Below, one piece after another: positions 31,166 to 39,431 of a stretch of DNA of 64,000 bases (position 1 is its first letter; each line of letters opens with the position of its first letter). The position numbers and the translations under genes are program-made. The stretch lies in NCBI GenBank assembly GCA_963823665.1, contig CAWGMQ010000005.1:1696001-1760000 (forward strand), given 5' to 3'. Below the pieces are notes generated by a model that worked only from the letters and a program-made list of their open reading frames with translations, had not been told where the DNA came from and made no database searches. This DNA comes from an uncultured Planctomycetota bacterium (GTDB lineage: Bacteria; Planctomycetota; Planctomycetia; Isosphaerales; Isosphaeraceae).

Positions 31166-32692
31166 TCATGACTTGGCGGTCTTTACGATCAGGAGGAGTG
31201 GACGCCGGTTCTCCCACTCACCTGTTCCCTCGCGACTGACGCACTTGTAGTCGGAGTGGGAGTCGAACTGAGCAGCGCCCGAACGGAAGTCTTCGCTCAG
31301 GAATCGCAGCAAAACACCGTGGGTCTTGCGGCCGGCCTTTGTCTGGGCATGAACCAGCGCCGTTATATCGAAAACCTTCCAGCCCGTTCCCGGCTTGAAT
31401 TTGTAGGTTCCGATTGGGTCCGGGTCATATCTTGGCTGGGTTTTCCAGGAGACTCGTTCGGGCCAGTCTTCGGTGATCTCGAAGCCATGGATCGAACCGG
31501 GGCGTGGATGATGAACCGTTTCGCGAGAGTAAATCGCGATCAGGAATTGATGATCCGCGGCGGCCGCCTCCTCGGCCGGGAGATCCGGCCATTCGAGCAG
31601 GGCCCGGTTTCCCCCGTCGTTATTGCCGAGTCCGATATTGTCGACATCGCCGCGATCCCAGTTGGGCAAATACGAGAGAATCATGCTGTCCTTTGAGACC
31701 GGGACCGCGCGGACGATGCGATCGGAGACGAGTTTTGCGAGCTCCGCGTCGACGGTGGCACGCTGTTCGTCTCCCGAGCTTTTCTGCTGCGGATGCGCTC
31801 GGGCCGCCGGCTGAGTGAGCAACACGCCCGCGGTGACGAGCATTCCCGCGACGACGATCGCGACCACGGCCGTTTTGACTTGATGGAACAACATGACAGA
31901 AAACTCTCCATTCGCAAGGGCTCGCGCAACCACTGAACTGGCGCCGTGAGCCACACTGGTTCGATTCAGAAACTGAAAGACCGAAGAAACCGTGGCGTGC
32001 ACCGTTGCGCGAGGGATTTCTTGAGCACAAGCGTTCACGGATTCGAGTGTGAACAAGACCGCCGCGGGTGCCACACCCCGGAGTATCAGCCTACGGCCGA
32101 GTAGCTTCCGGGCGCGGGCAAGCCGGCCCCGGATCGTCGTCTCGGAAAGGTTTAGCTGCGAAGCAGCCTGAGCGTGCGACTGTCCTTGCAGATAGCACAC
32201 CACGACAGCACAACGGTAGGCGCTGGGCAGGCGGTTGATCTCTTCGTGCAGAATTCGATAGAGATCGCCCTCAAAGCCCTCGCGTGGCGCGTCATCGACT
32301 GCAACTTCTCGCCCAGCTACAGACTCGCGCTCACGTGCTCGTTGCTTCGAAGCAACTTTTCTCGCCTTTCGAGCAATCCGGGTGGCAACGCCATAGAGCC
32401 AGTTACCCAGGAGCTCGCGCGATCCGAGCGTTCGCGCTTTCCGCGCCAGAACGAGAAAGGTCGCTTGAAAGGCATCCTCCGCCGCGTGGAGGTCACGGAG
32501 AACCGTCCGGCAAGTTCGCAGGACCATTGGCCCATGGCGATCGATAATGGCCTCAAACGCAAGTGCGGCGGATTCGTCGTTTCCTCCGATGAAAATCTCC
32601 AGCAACTGCGGGTCACTCACCGAACCGTCGGCACCCAGCCGGAACAACCGGTCAAGATCCCGACCGACAGCGGTTCGGCTCGCTCTCATCAT
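31166..32692 (-). CDS. Membrane-anchored ECF sigma factor with C-terminal DNRLRE-like domain
   Basis: RHGPMV, AEDAFQATFLVLARKA, WLYGVA, LP...CYLQG.S..AA..L..SETTIRGRL; TM; NRALLEW, ITEDW, FDIT, HGVLL, SRE..RPLL. Confidence 0.85.
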   Translation of the reverse strand: MMRASRTAVGRDLDRLFRLGADGSVSDPQLLEIFIGGNDESAALAFEAIIDRHGPMVLRTCRTVLRDLHAAEDAFQATFLVLARKARTLGSRELLGNWLYGVATRIARKARKVASKQRARERESVAGREVAVDDAPREGFEGDLYRILHEEINRLPSAYRCAVVVCYLQGQSHAQAASQLNLSETTIRGRLARARKLLGRRLILRGVAPAAVLFTLESVNACAQEIPRATVHATVSSVFQFLNRTSVAHGASSVVARALANGEFSVMLFHQVKTAVVAIVVAGMLVTAGVLLTQPAARAHPQQKSSGDEQRATVDAELAKLVSDRIVRAVPVSKDSMILSYLPNWDRGDVDNIGLGNNDGGNRALLEWPDLPAEEAAAADHQFLIAIYSRETVHHPRPGSIHGFEITEDWPERVSWKTQPRYDPDPIGTYKFKPGTGWKVFDITALVHAQTKAGRKTHGVLLRFLSEDFRSGAAQFDSHSDYKCVSREGTGEWENRRPLLLIVKTAKS

Positions 32693-32726
32693 CCGTCCGT
32701 GACCTCAACAGGCCCGATGGCTCTCT

Positions 32727-32774
32727 TCAGAATGTACTGCCCGCCCGTCGCAGCAGGCTCACGCAACTTCCGCG
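32727..32774 (-). promoter_or_regulatory. Shared ECF upstream motif, copy B
   Basis: CGCGGAA-N5-GTGAG-N19-AGTAC-att-CTGAAGA on the minus strand. Confidence 0.45.
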
Positions 32775-32941
32775 TTTTTTTGCGAACGCGGAGCTCGGCG
32801 ACAGTATAACCCGTGTCACTCCAGTGCCAACTGGCTCAACGCTGCGCGTGGGAATTGCAATCCCGGCCCTCACTTGCATCGACCCTCTTTTCTGCCATAC
32901 TCTTCGTGGCACCGGCTAGAAAACGCTGTGGAACCTCTCCC

Positions 32942-34906
32942 ATGCCACCTGAGCTCCCTGACGACCCCGTCGAGCCTGCGCTCGCGGTCAAGAGCGATCG
33001 TTATCTCCCTGCCTGGCAGATCGGCGATCTTCCCGAGCCGCCGCGCCCGGGCTGGAAGCTCTGGATCGGCTTGATCGGCCCCGGAGTCGTCCTGGCCGGC
33101 ACCAGTATCGGCTCAGGCGAATGGCTCTTCGGGCCGGCGGTCACTGCCCAGTATGGCGCCGCCCTGCTTTGGCTGGCGCTCGTCAGCATCATCTTTCAGG
33201 GTTTCTGCAACCTCACTATGATGCGCTACACCGTGTATAGCGGCGAGCCCATCATCGTGGGCGGTCTGCGCACCTGGCCCGGACCCTGGGCCTGGATGAC
33301 CTGCTGGGCCATCTTCGATATCGCCTCGGTCTGGCCCTACAACGCCTCGAACGCCGCCGTGCCCCTGGCCGCAGTCATCCTCGGCCACTTGCCCCAGACC
33401 GACGGCGATCGGGCGCTCGTCAAAGGGCTCGGAATGACCGTCTTCTTGCTGGCATTCGTGCCCCTGATCTTCGGCGGAACGGTCTACCGCATGCTCGAGA
33501 AGATCATGACGGCCAAGCTAGTGCTGGTGCTCGGCTACCTGTCGCTGATTGGCGTCACCATGGTCTCCTGGCCGGTCGTGCGCGATGTCTGGACTGGCTT
33601 CTTTCGGGTTGGCACCGTGCCGCTGCGAGCACAAACTATCATCCTCGAACGAGACTTCACTATCGAGCAGGCGGGCGGAGGCACCATCTACCGCGCCCGG
33701 GGAACCTGGGAGAAAGACGGGAAACCCACGGGCGAGTTCTCCGTCACAACTGGACCGAAGACCACTCGATTCGACCTCCGAAAGAGTGATGGCCTGACAC
33801 CCGAGCTCAAGGAGATGCACGATCGCCTGCTCGAGCGCGTGCAGAAGCTCGCCGCGCCTCAGAGATTTTTCGTCGAGACCGAGGCAAACGGCACAACGCT
33901 CGTTGCCTCAGGCGAAGTTGCGAACCACCACATCTGGAAAGCGTCGCGTCTCTCGCTGCGCGATTCAACCGGCACGCATGACTTCAGCGACCTTTCGCGA
34001 GTACCCGAGCCACAAGCGGCGCGCTTTCGCAATCTGCTATCGCACGAAGGGGTCGAATATGTCGGCCTCGTGAATTACGCTCGCGAGAACGGCGGTCTCC
34101 CCAGCCTCGACTGGGCCATGGTGGTCGCATTCATCGGGATCGCGGGAGCGGGTGGGCTCTCCAATACGCTGTTTTCCAATTACACGCGCGATAAGGGTTG
34201 GGGCATGGGCGCGCTCGTCGGCGCGATTCCCAGCGCCATCGGCGGCCGAACGATCAGCTTGTCTCACCTCGGGTGCGCGTTCGTTCCCGAGGGCGCCAAC
34301 CTCACGCGATGGCACGGCTGGATGCGCCACATTCGACGCGATCAGTGGATCTTCATCGCCGCCTCGATCCTGGGCATGGCGCTGCCTTGCATGATGTCGC
34401 TGGAGTTCATCCGGAATGTCCCGGTGACCGGCGATCGCGTGGCAGCCATGACGGCCGAAGGCATTGCCGTTCGTTATCCGAGCTTGGGAGCCCTTTTCTG
34501 GTTCACCACGCTTGCGTGCGGATTCCTGGTCCTGGCCCCAGGTCAGGTCAGTGTGTGCGACCAGATTGCCCGCCGCTGGACCGACATGATCTGGACGGCC
34601 GGCGCGGGGGTGCATCGTCTCAGCCGCGGCGAGGTGCGATTCATCTATTACGGAATCCTCGCGTTCTATGCGGTGCTCGGCATGGTGATCCTCTGGTTCC
34701 TGAGACCGATTGCCATCGCGGAGATTGGCGTGGTTCTCGGAAATCTTTCCCTGGGCTTCTCGACCTTGCAGGCCCTGCACGTTAACCGCAGTCTCTTGCC
34801 GCGCGAGCTCCGCCCCAGTTGGTTCCTGCAAGCCGGCACGCTCTGCTGCGGTATCTTCTTCCTCGCCGTCAGCATCGCCGTCATACTAACCTTCAAGCCG
34901 AAATAG
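32942..34906 (+). CDS. Nramp/APC-like secondary transporter with large soluble insertion
   Basis: IGPGVVLAGTSIGSGEW, RYTVYSGE, AGAGGLSN..SNYTRDKGWGMG, ARRWTD; many TM helices. Confidence 0.8.
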   Translation: MPPELPDDPVEPALAVKSDRYLPAWQIGDLPEPPRPGWKLWIGLIGPGVVLAGTSIGSGEWLFGPAVTAQYGAALLWLALVSIIFQGFCNLTMMRYTVYSGEPIIVGGLRTWPGPWAWMTCWAIFDIASVWPYNASNAAVPLAAVILGHLPQTDGDRALVKGLGMTVFLLAFVPLIFGGTVYRMLEKIMTAKLVLVLGYLSLIGVTMVSWPVVRDVWTGFFRVGTVPLRAQTIILERDFTIEQAGGGTIYRARGTWEKDGKPTGEFSVTTGPKTTRFDLRKSDGLTPELKEMHDRLLERVQKLAAPQRFFVETEANGTTLVASGEVANHHIWKASRLSLRDSTGTHDFSDLSRVPEPQAARFRNLLSHEGVEYVGLVNYARENGGLPSLDWAMVVAFIGIAGAGGLSNTLFSNYTRDKGWGMGALVGAIPSAIGGRTISLSHLGCAFVPEGANLTRWHGWMRHIRRDQWIFIAASILGMALPCMMSLEFIRNVPVTGDRVAAMTAEGIAVRYPSLGALFWFTTLACGFLVLAPGQVSVCDQIARRWTDMIWTAGAGVHRLSRGEVRFIYYGILAFYAVLGMVILWFLRPIAIAEIGVVLGNLSLGFSTLQALHVNRSLLPRELRPSWFLQAGTLCCGIFFLAVSIAVILTFKPK

Positions 34907-34965
34907 TTTGTCCCTTGCCCGAAAGAAACCACCGGTCAATCCGCCTACCGAATGCGACCTGCATC

Positions 34966-36999
34966 ATGCTCACAGAATCACTCGCTGATCTAGAAAAACC
35001 CCAGCTTACATCCCTTTATCGATCGATGGTGCTCATCCGCCGCTGCGAAGAGCAGTTGGCCCGGTCGCATCAGCGCGGGCTCATTCACGGTGCGTGTCAC
35101 ACTTACGTCGGACAAGAAGCTGTAGCGGCCGGTGTGTGTGCGCATCTCCAGAAGGAAGACGTCGTCTTCAGTACCCACCGTGGTCACGGTCATGCTCTTG
35201 CGAAGGGGCTCGCGCCCCGGCGGTTGTTCGCGGAACTCTTCGGCCGAGCCACCGGCTGCTCTCAAGGTCGCGGCGGCAGCATGCATCTGTTCGCGCCCGA
35301 CGTCGGCATGATGGGCACCAGCGGCATCGTTGGCCCATGCATCCTTCAGGCAGCCGGCGCCGGATATAGCTTCATGCTGCTGAAGAGCGAACGTGTGGCC
35401 GTCGCGTTCTTCGGCGATGGAGCCGTGAACAACGGCGCGTTCCACGAGGGGCTGAACATGGCCGCCATCTGGAAGCTGCCCGTGCTTTTCGTCTGCGAAA
35501 ACAACCAGTACGCGACCGAGGTGCCGTTTGCATACGCGGCGGCCAATCCCAGCGTGGCGGGGCGAGGCGCGAGCTACGGAATGCCCGGAATTGACGTGGA
35601 CGGCAACGATGTGCTCGCCATCTACGAGGCGGCCGGCGAGGCCGTTGCCCGCGCGCGCAGCGGTCGTGGCCCAACTCTCCTCGAATGCCGAACTTACCGC
35701 ACCCGTGCTCACGCGGAGGGCATGGGTGACTACACCTACCGCACGCGCGAGGAAGTGGAAGGCTGGAAAACTCGTTGCCCGATCGCGTGCCTTCGCAGCT
35801 CGATTGTCGAAGCCCAGCTCGTGCCGGCGGCCGAACTTGAGGCCATCGAGGCGGAGATCGAATCGATCGTCCACGACGCACAAAAGTTCGCCGAGTCGAG
35901 CGCCTGGCCCGAGCGACAGTCGGCCGTTCGTTTCGTCTTTGATGAATACACCGCGGCCGATCCCAAGCAGGCTCCAGCAACCTCCACGCCGAAAAATGGC
36001 CCAGTTGGCTCGCCGGATACCCCTCGCCAGATCACCTACATGCAGGCCACCTTCGAGGCGCTCGCCGAGGAAATGGCGATCAATCCGGCGATTTTTGTCA
36101 TGGGTGAAGGCGTCGGCAAGCGCGGCGGCAATTTCATGACTACCACCGGGCTCTATGACCTCTACGGCCCGGCGCGGCTCCGCGACACACCGATCTGCGA
36201 ACGAGGCTTCGTCGGGCTCGGCTGCGGCGCCGCCATGACCGGCACCCGCCCGGTCGTTGACTTCATGTTCGCCGACTTCATTCTGGACTCGGTCGGTGAG
36301 ATCATCAATCAGATCGCCAAGATCTGCTACATGAGCAATGGCCGGCTCACCGTTCCATTTCTGCTCCGCGGCTGCATCGGCATCGGCCATTCCGCCGCCA
36401 CACACCATTCCGGCAATTACTACCCGATGTATGCGCATTTCCCCGGACTCCGCGTCGTGGTCCCTTCCACGCCCTATGACGCCAAGGGCCTCATGAAAAG
36501 GGCACTCCGGTGCAACGACCCCGTGATCTACCTGGAACACAGGGAGCTGCTGAACTTGAAAGGCCCGGTTCCAACCGGCGACTACGAGATTGACTTCGGC
36601 CGCGCCGCCGTGGTGCGCGAAGGCCGCGATGTCACGGTGGTCTCCCTGGCGCTCATGGTCCACCAGACGCAGAAGGCATGCGAACGGCTCGCCGGCGAAG
36701 GCATCTCGGTCGAGCTGATCGACCCGAGGACGGTCGCGCCTCTCGACCTCGACACGATCCGTCAATCGGTCGCGAAGACCGGCCGATTGCTGATTGTTGA
36801 CGAGGCGTTCGCGCCCTTCGGCCTGGGAGCCGAGATCGCCGCGAGCCTCGCTGACGCGGGATTTGACGATCTGGATGCCCCCATTCGCCGGGTCAACGGG
36901 GCCTACGCCCCGACTCCATACAGCCCGCCGCTTGAAGCGGCCGTGGTGCCCAACCCCGATACCATCGCCCAGGCCATTCGCGACCTGATGGCGGAATAG
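34966..36999 (+). CDS. Fused E1 alpha/beta ThDP-dependent dehydrogenase (acetoin/pyruvate DH-like)
   Basis: HTYVGQEA, STHRGHGH, GRGGSMH, FGDGA..NG.FHE..N...ENN, DTPICE, DAKGL. Confidence 0.92.
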   Translation: MLTESLADLEKPQLTSLYRSMVLIRRCEEQLARSHQRGLIHGACHTYVGQEAVAAGVCAHLQKEDVVFSTHRGHGHALAKGLAPRRLFAELFGRATGCSQGRGGSMHLFAPDVGMMGTSGIVGPCILQAAGAGYSFMLLKSERVAVAFFGDGAVNNGAFHEGLNMAAIWKLPVLFVCENNQYATEVPFAYAAANPSVAGRGASYGMPGIDVDGNDVLAIYEAAGEAVARARSGRGPTLLECRTYRTRAHAEGMGDYTYRTREEVEGWKTRCPIACLRSSIVEAQLVPAAELEAIEAEIESIVHDAQKFAESSAWPERQSAVRFVFDEYTAADPKQAPATSTPKNGPVGSPDTPRQITYMQATFEALAEEMAINPAIFVMGEGVGKRGGNFMTTTGLYDLYGPARLRDTPICERGFVGLGCGAAMTGTRPVVDFMFADFILDSVGEIINQIAKICYMSNGRLTVPFLLRGCIGIGHSAATHHSGNYYPMYAHFPGLRVVVPSTPYDAKGLMKRALRCNDPVIYLEHRELLNLKGPVPTGDYEIDFGRAAVVREGRDVTVVSLALMVHQTQKACERLAGEGISVELIDPRTVAPLDLDTIRQSVAKTGRLLIVDEAFAPFGLGAEIAASLADAGFDDLDAPIRRVNGAYAPTPYSPPLEAAVVPNPDTIAQAIRDLMAE

Positions 37000-37013
37000 G
37001 CAAAATTGATCTC

Positions 37014-38231
37014 ATGGCAAGCGAAGTCACGATTCCGCGGCTTGGATGGAACATGGACGAAGGCATCTTCGTCGGCTGGCTCAAGGCCGACGGAGAGCCG
37101 ATCAAAGCCGGCGAGCCTCTTTTCAACCTCGAGGGTGACAAGGCAACTCAAGAAATCGAGAGCCTCGAAGCCGGTATTCTGCGCATTCCGCCGGACGGCC
37201 CTAAAGACGGCGAAAAAGTTGCGGTGGGCATCGTCATCGGCTACCTGCTCGCACCGGGCGAGCCGGCGCCGTTTGAGTCAAAGAGCGCGGCCGAACCGCC
37301 CAAGGTAGCGTCACAGTCAATCGTGAACGAAAGACCGAAGCAATACGTCTCTCCGCGCGCCCGGCGCACGGCCCGCGACCTGGGGGTCGATCCGACCACG
37401 GTCACAGGAAGTGGAAAGACCGGCCGTATCGTCGAGCGCGATATTCGTGCCGCCGCCGGGCGACAGCCAGCACGACCGACGCTGGTGGCGAACGCGCAGG
37501 AGCACAAGCCGGACCTCCCCCGCGAAGGCGCGTCACCCGAGTATCGTGAGCTTGCGGTCAGCTCGATTCGTAAAACGATCGCCCAGCGAATGGTGGAGAG
37601 CAAGCAGACGACGGCTGCCGTGACCATCACCACGACCGTTGATGCCACCAATCTGGTCAACCTCCGCCGCCAGTTCAAAGCTGTGGTCGAGGCCGGTGAG
37701 GCACCTGCGATCGGTTACACGGAGCTTATCGTCAAGTTGACGGCGCTGGCGCTCGAGAAGCACCCGATGCTGAATTCTCGCTGGGCTGGCGATCAAATCC
37801 AGGTTTGGCGCGGTGTGCACATTGGCATCGCCGTCGACACTGACTCCGGCTTGAAGGTGCCGGTAATCCGGGACGTTCCCCATCTCTCCCTCCGTGAGCT
37901 CGCCGCCCGCGCTCGTTCTCTCGCCGAGCGTGCCCGCAGTGGAACCCTTACTGCGGCCGAACTGTCGGGAAGCACGTTTACCGTCAGCAACCTGGGACAG
38001 TTGGGAGTCGAGATCTTCACTCCTTTGATCAACCCACCCGAATGCGCGATACTGGGCCTGGGTCGCATCCAGAGCGTGGTCGTGGTCGAGAACAAGCAGT
38101 TCGTGGAGCGCGATCGCATGTTCCTGAGCCTCACGTTCGACCACCGGATCGTCGATGGGGCCCCGGCCGCGCGGTTTCTGCAAGCGCTTGGTAGATTGAT
38201 CGAAAACCCCAGCCCCTGGCTGTTACCTTGA
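37014..38231 (+). CDS. Dihydrolipoamide acyltransferase E2
   Basis: Lipoyl EGDKAT, SPRARR..GSGKTGRI, FTVSNLG, DHRIVDG. Confidence 0.93.
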   Translation: MASEVTIPRLGWNMDEGIFVGWLKADGEPIKAGEPLFNLEGDKATQEIESLEAGILRIPPDGPKDGEKVAVGIVIGYLLAPGEPAPFESKSAAEPPKVASQSIVNERPKQYVSPRARRTARDLGVDPTTVTGSGKTGRIVERDIRAAAGRQPARPTLVANAQEHKPDLPREGASPEYRELAVSSIRKTIAQRMVESKQTTAAVTITTTVDATNLVNLRRQFKAVVEAGEAPAIGYTELIVKLTALALEKHPMLNSRWAGDQIQVWRGVHIGIAVDTDSGLKVPVIRDVPHLSLRELAARARSLAERARSGTLTAAELSGSTFTVSNLGQLGVEIFTPLINPPECAILGLGRIQSVVVVENKQFVERDRMFLSLTFDHRIVDGAPAARFLQALGRLIENPSPWLLP

Positions 38232-38254
38232 TGGATTGGGTGGGAGACGACGAG

Positions 38255-39037
38255 ATGCGCTGCGAATTATCGGGAAAAGTGAGCCTGGTCACAGGCGCCG
38301 CTCGCGGTATCGGCCAGGCCATCGCCGACCGCCTGGCCGCAAACGGTAGCACGGTCATCTACACCGACGTCGATGAGCCAGGTGCCCGCGCCGCGGCCGC
38401 GCGGACCTCGGGCGCGAGCGCATTTCAGCTCGATGTGACCAGGCCGCTCGAAATTCAGTCGGTTATCGACCAGGTCGTCTCCGAGCACGGCCACCTCGAC
38501 GTCCTCGTGAACAACGCGGGTGTCAACACGCTGGTCCACCGTGTCACGCTCGACGAGTTCCCGCGCGACGAGTGGGACCGAATCCTCGCGGTCGACTTGA
38601 CCGGTCTCTATGAAATGAGCAAAGCAGCGGCTCGCACAATGCGCGCCCGGGGCTCGGGGCGGATCATCAATATTGCCTCCATCGCGGGTCTGGTGCCTTT
38701 GCGGCTTCAATGCCCATTCGTGGCAGCGAAGGCCGGCGTCGTCAATCTCACCAAAGCCATGGCGCTTGAGCTGGCACCCTACGGCATCCTGGTGAACGGC
38801 ATCGCGCCCGGCTCGATCCTGACCGACGGCACGCGGCGCCTTTTCTACGCACCCGACGGTTCGTTCCACGCCCACGCCCAGCGCATGCTCGACCACGTTC
38901 CGCTGGGGCGGCCCGGACTTCCCGAAGAGATCGCCGTCGCCGCACTCTTCCTGGCAGATCCGGAAAACAGCTACACAAACGGTCACATCCTCACCGTCGA
39001 TGGCGGCTGGACCGCCGGCTATACCCGCGATTTTTGA
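38255..39037 (+). CDS. Short-chain dehydrogenase/reductase
   Basis: VTGAARGIG, NNAG, IASIAG, FVAAK, VNGIAPG, TVDGGW. Confidence 0.9.
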   Translation: MRCELSGKVSLVTGAARGIGQAIADRLAANGSTVIYTDVDEPGARAAAARTSGASAFQLDVTRPLEIQSVIDQVVSEHGHLDVLVNNAGVNTLVHRVTLDEFPRDEWDRILAVDLTGLYEMSKAAARTMRARGSGRIINIASIAGLVPLRLQCPFVAAKAGVVNLTKAMALELAPYGILVNGIAPGSILTDGTRRLFYAPDGSFHAHAQRMLDHVPLGRPGLPEEIAVAALFLADPENSYTNGHILTVDGGWTAGYTRDF

Positions 39038-39056
39038 TCACCGAAACGAGGTTCCG

Positions 39057-39287
39057 ATGGCGACCGATGAAGAACTCAAACGAGCGCTGAAAGCATTCAA
39101 GAAGCGTTTCAAATTGATGAAGCTCGATGAGGAATCCGGCCTGAGCCGAGGGGGCGGAAAAAAATCGGGCATGACCGGAATCACGCCGCCGTCAGGTCAT
39201 CCCCCCGGAATCTGGGACGAGCTCGTCGCCAAGGGGAAGCTCAAACGCGACATGGGAAACACGTATGCGCTGGTCGAAGGTGCATAA
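39057..39287 (+). CDS. Small basic hypothetical protein
   Basis: GAGG RBS; EELKRALKAFKKR...LDEES...PP...WDELV.KGKL. Confidence 0.75.
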   Translation: MATDEELKRALKAFKKRFKLMKLDEESGLSRGGGKKSGMTGITPPSGHPPGIWDELVAKGKLKRDMGNTYALVEGA

Positions 39288-39355
39288 CCAATCGCCACAC
39301 GTGATGCGAACCCGAACTTGCGCGGGCGCGATGCTTGACCCAATTCGTTCGATCT

Positions 39356-39405
39356 CGCGGAATCTTCGTGAGGATTTCCGATGAGTGGGTACTACTCTCC
39401 GGAGA
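39356..39405 (+). promoter_or_regulatory. Shared ECF upstream motif, copy A
   Basis: CGCGGAA-N5-GTGAG-N18-ACTAC-tct-CCGGAGA. Confidence 0.45.
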
Positions 39406-39431
39406 TTCAAAACCGAGGAGCGCTGAGACCC

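Noticed and set aside
34990..36765. 591-aa antisense ORF
   Set aside because: Shadow frame of the E1 gene, typical of high-GC codon bias; no motifs
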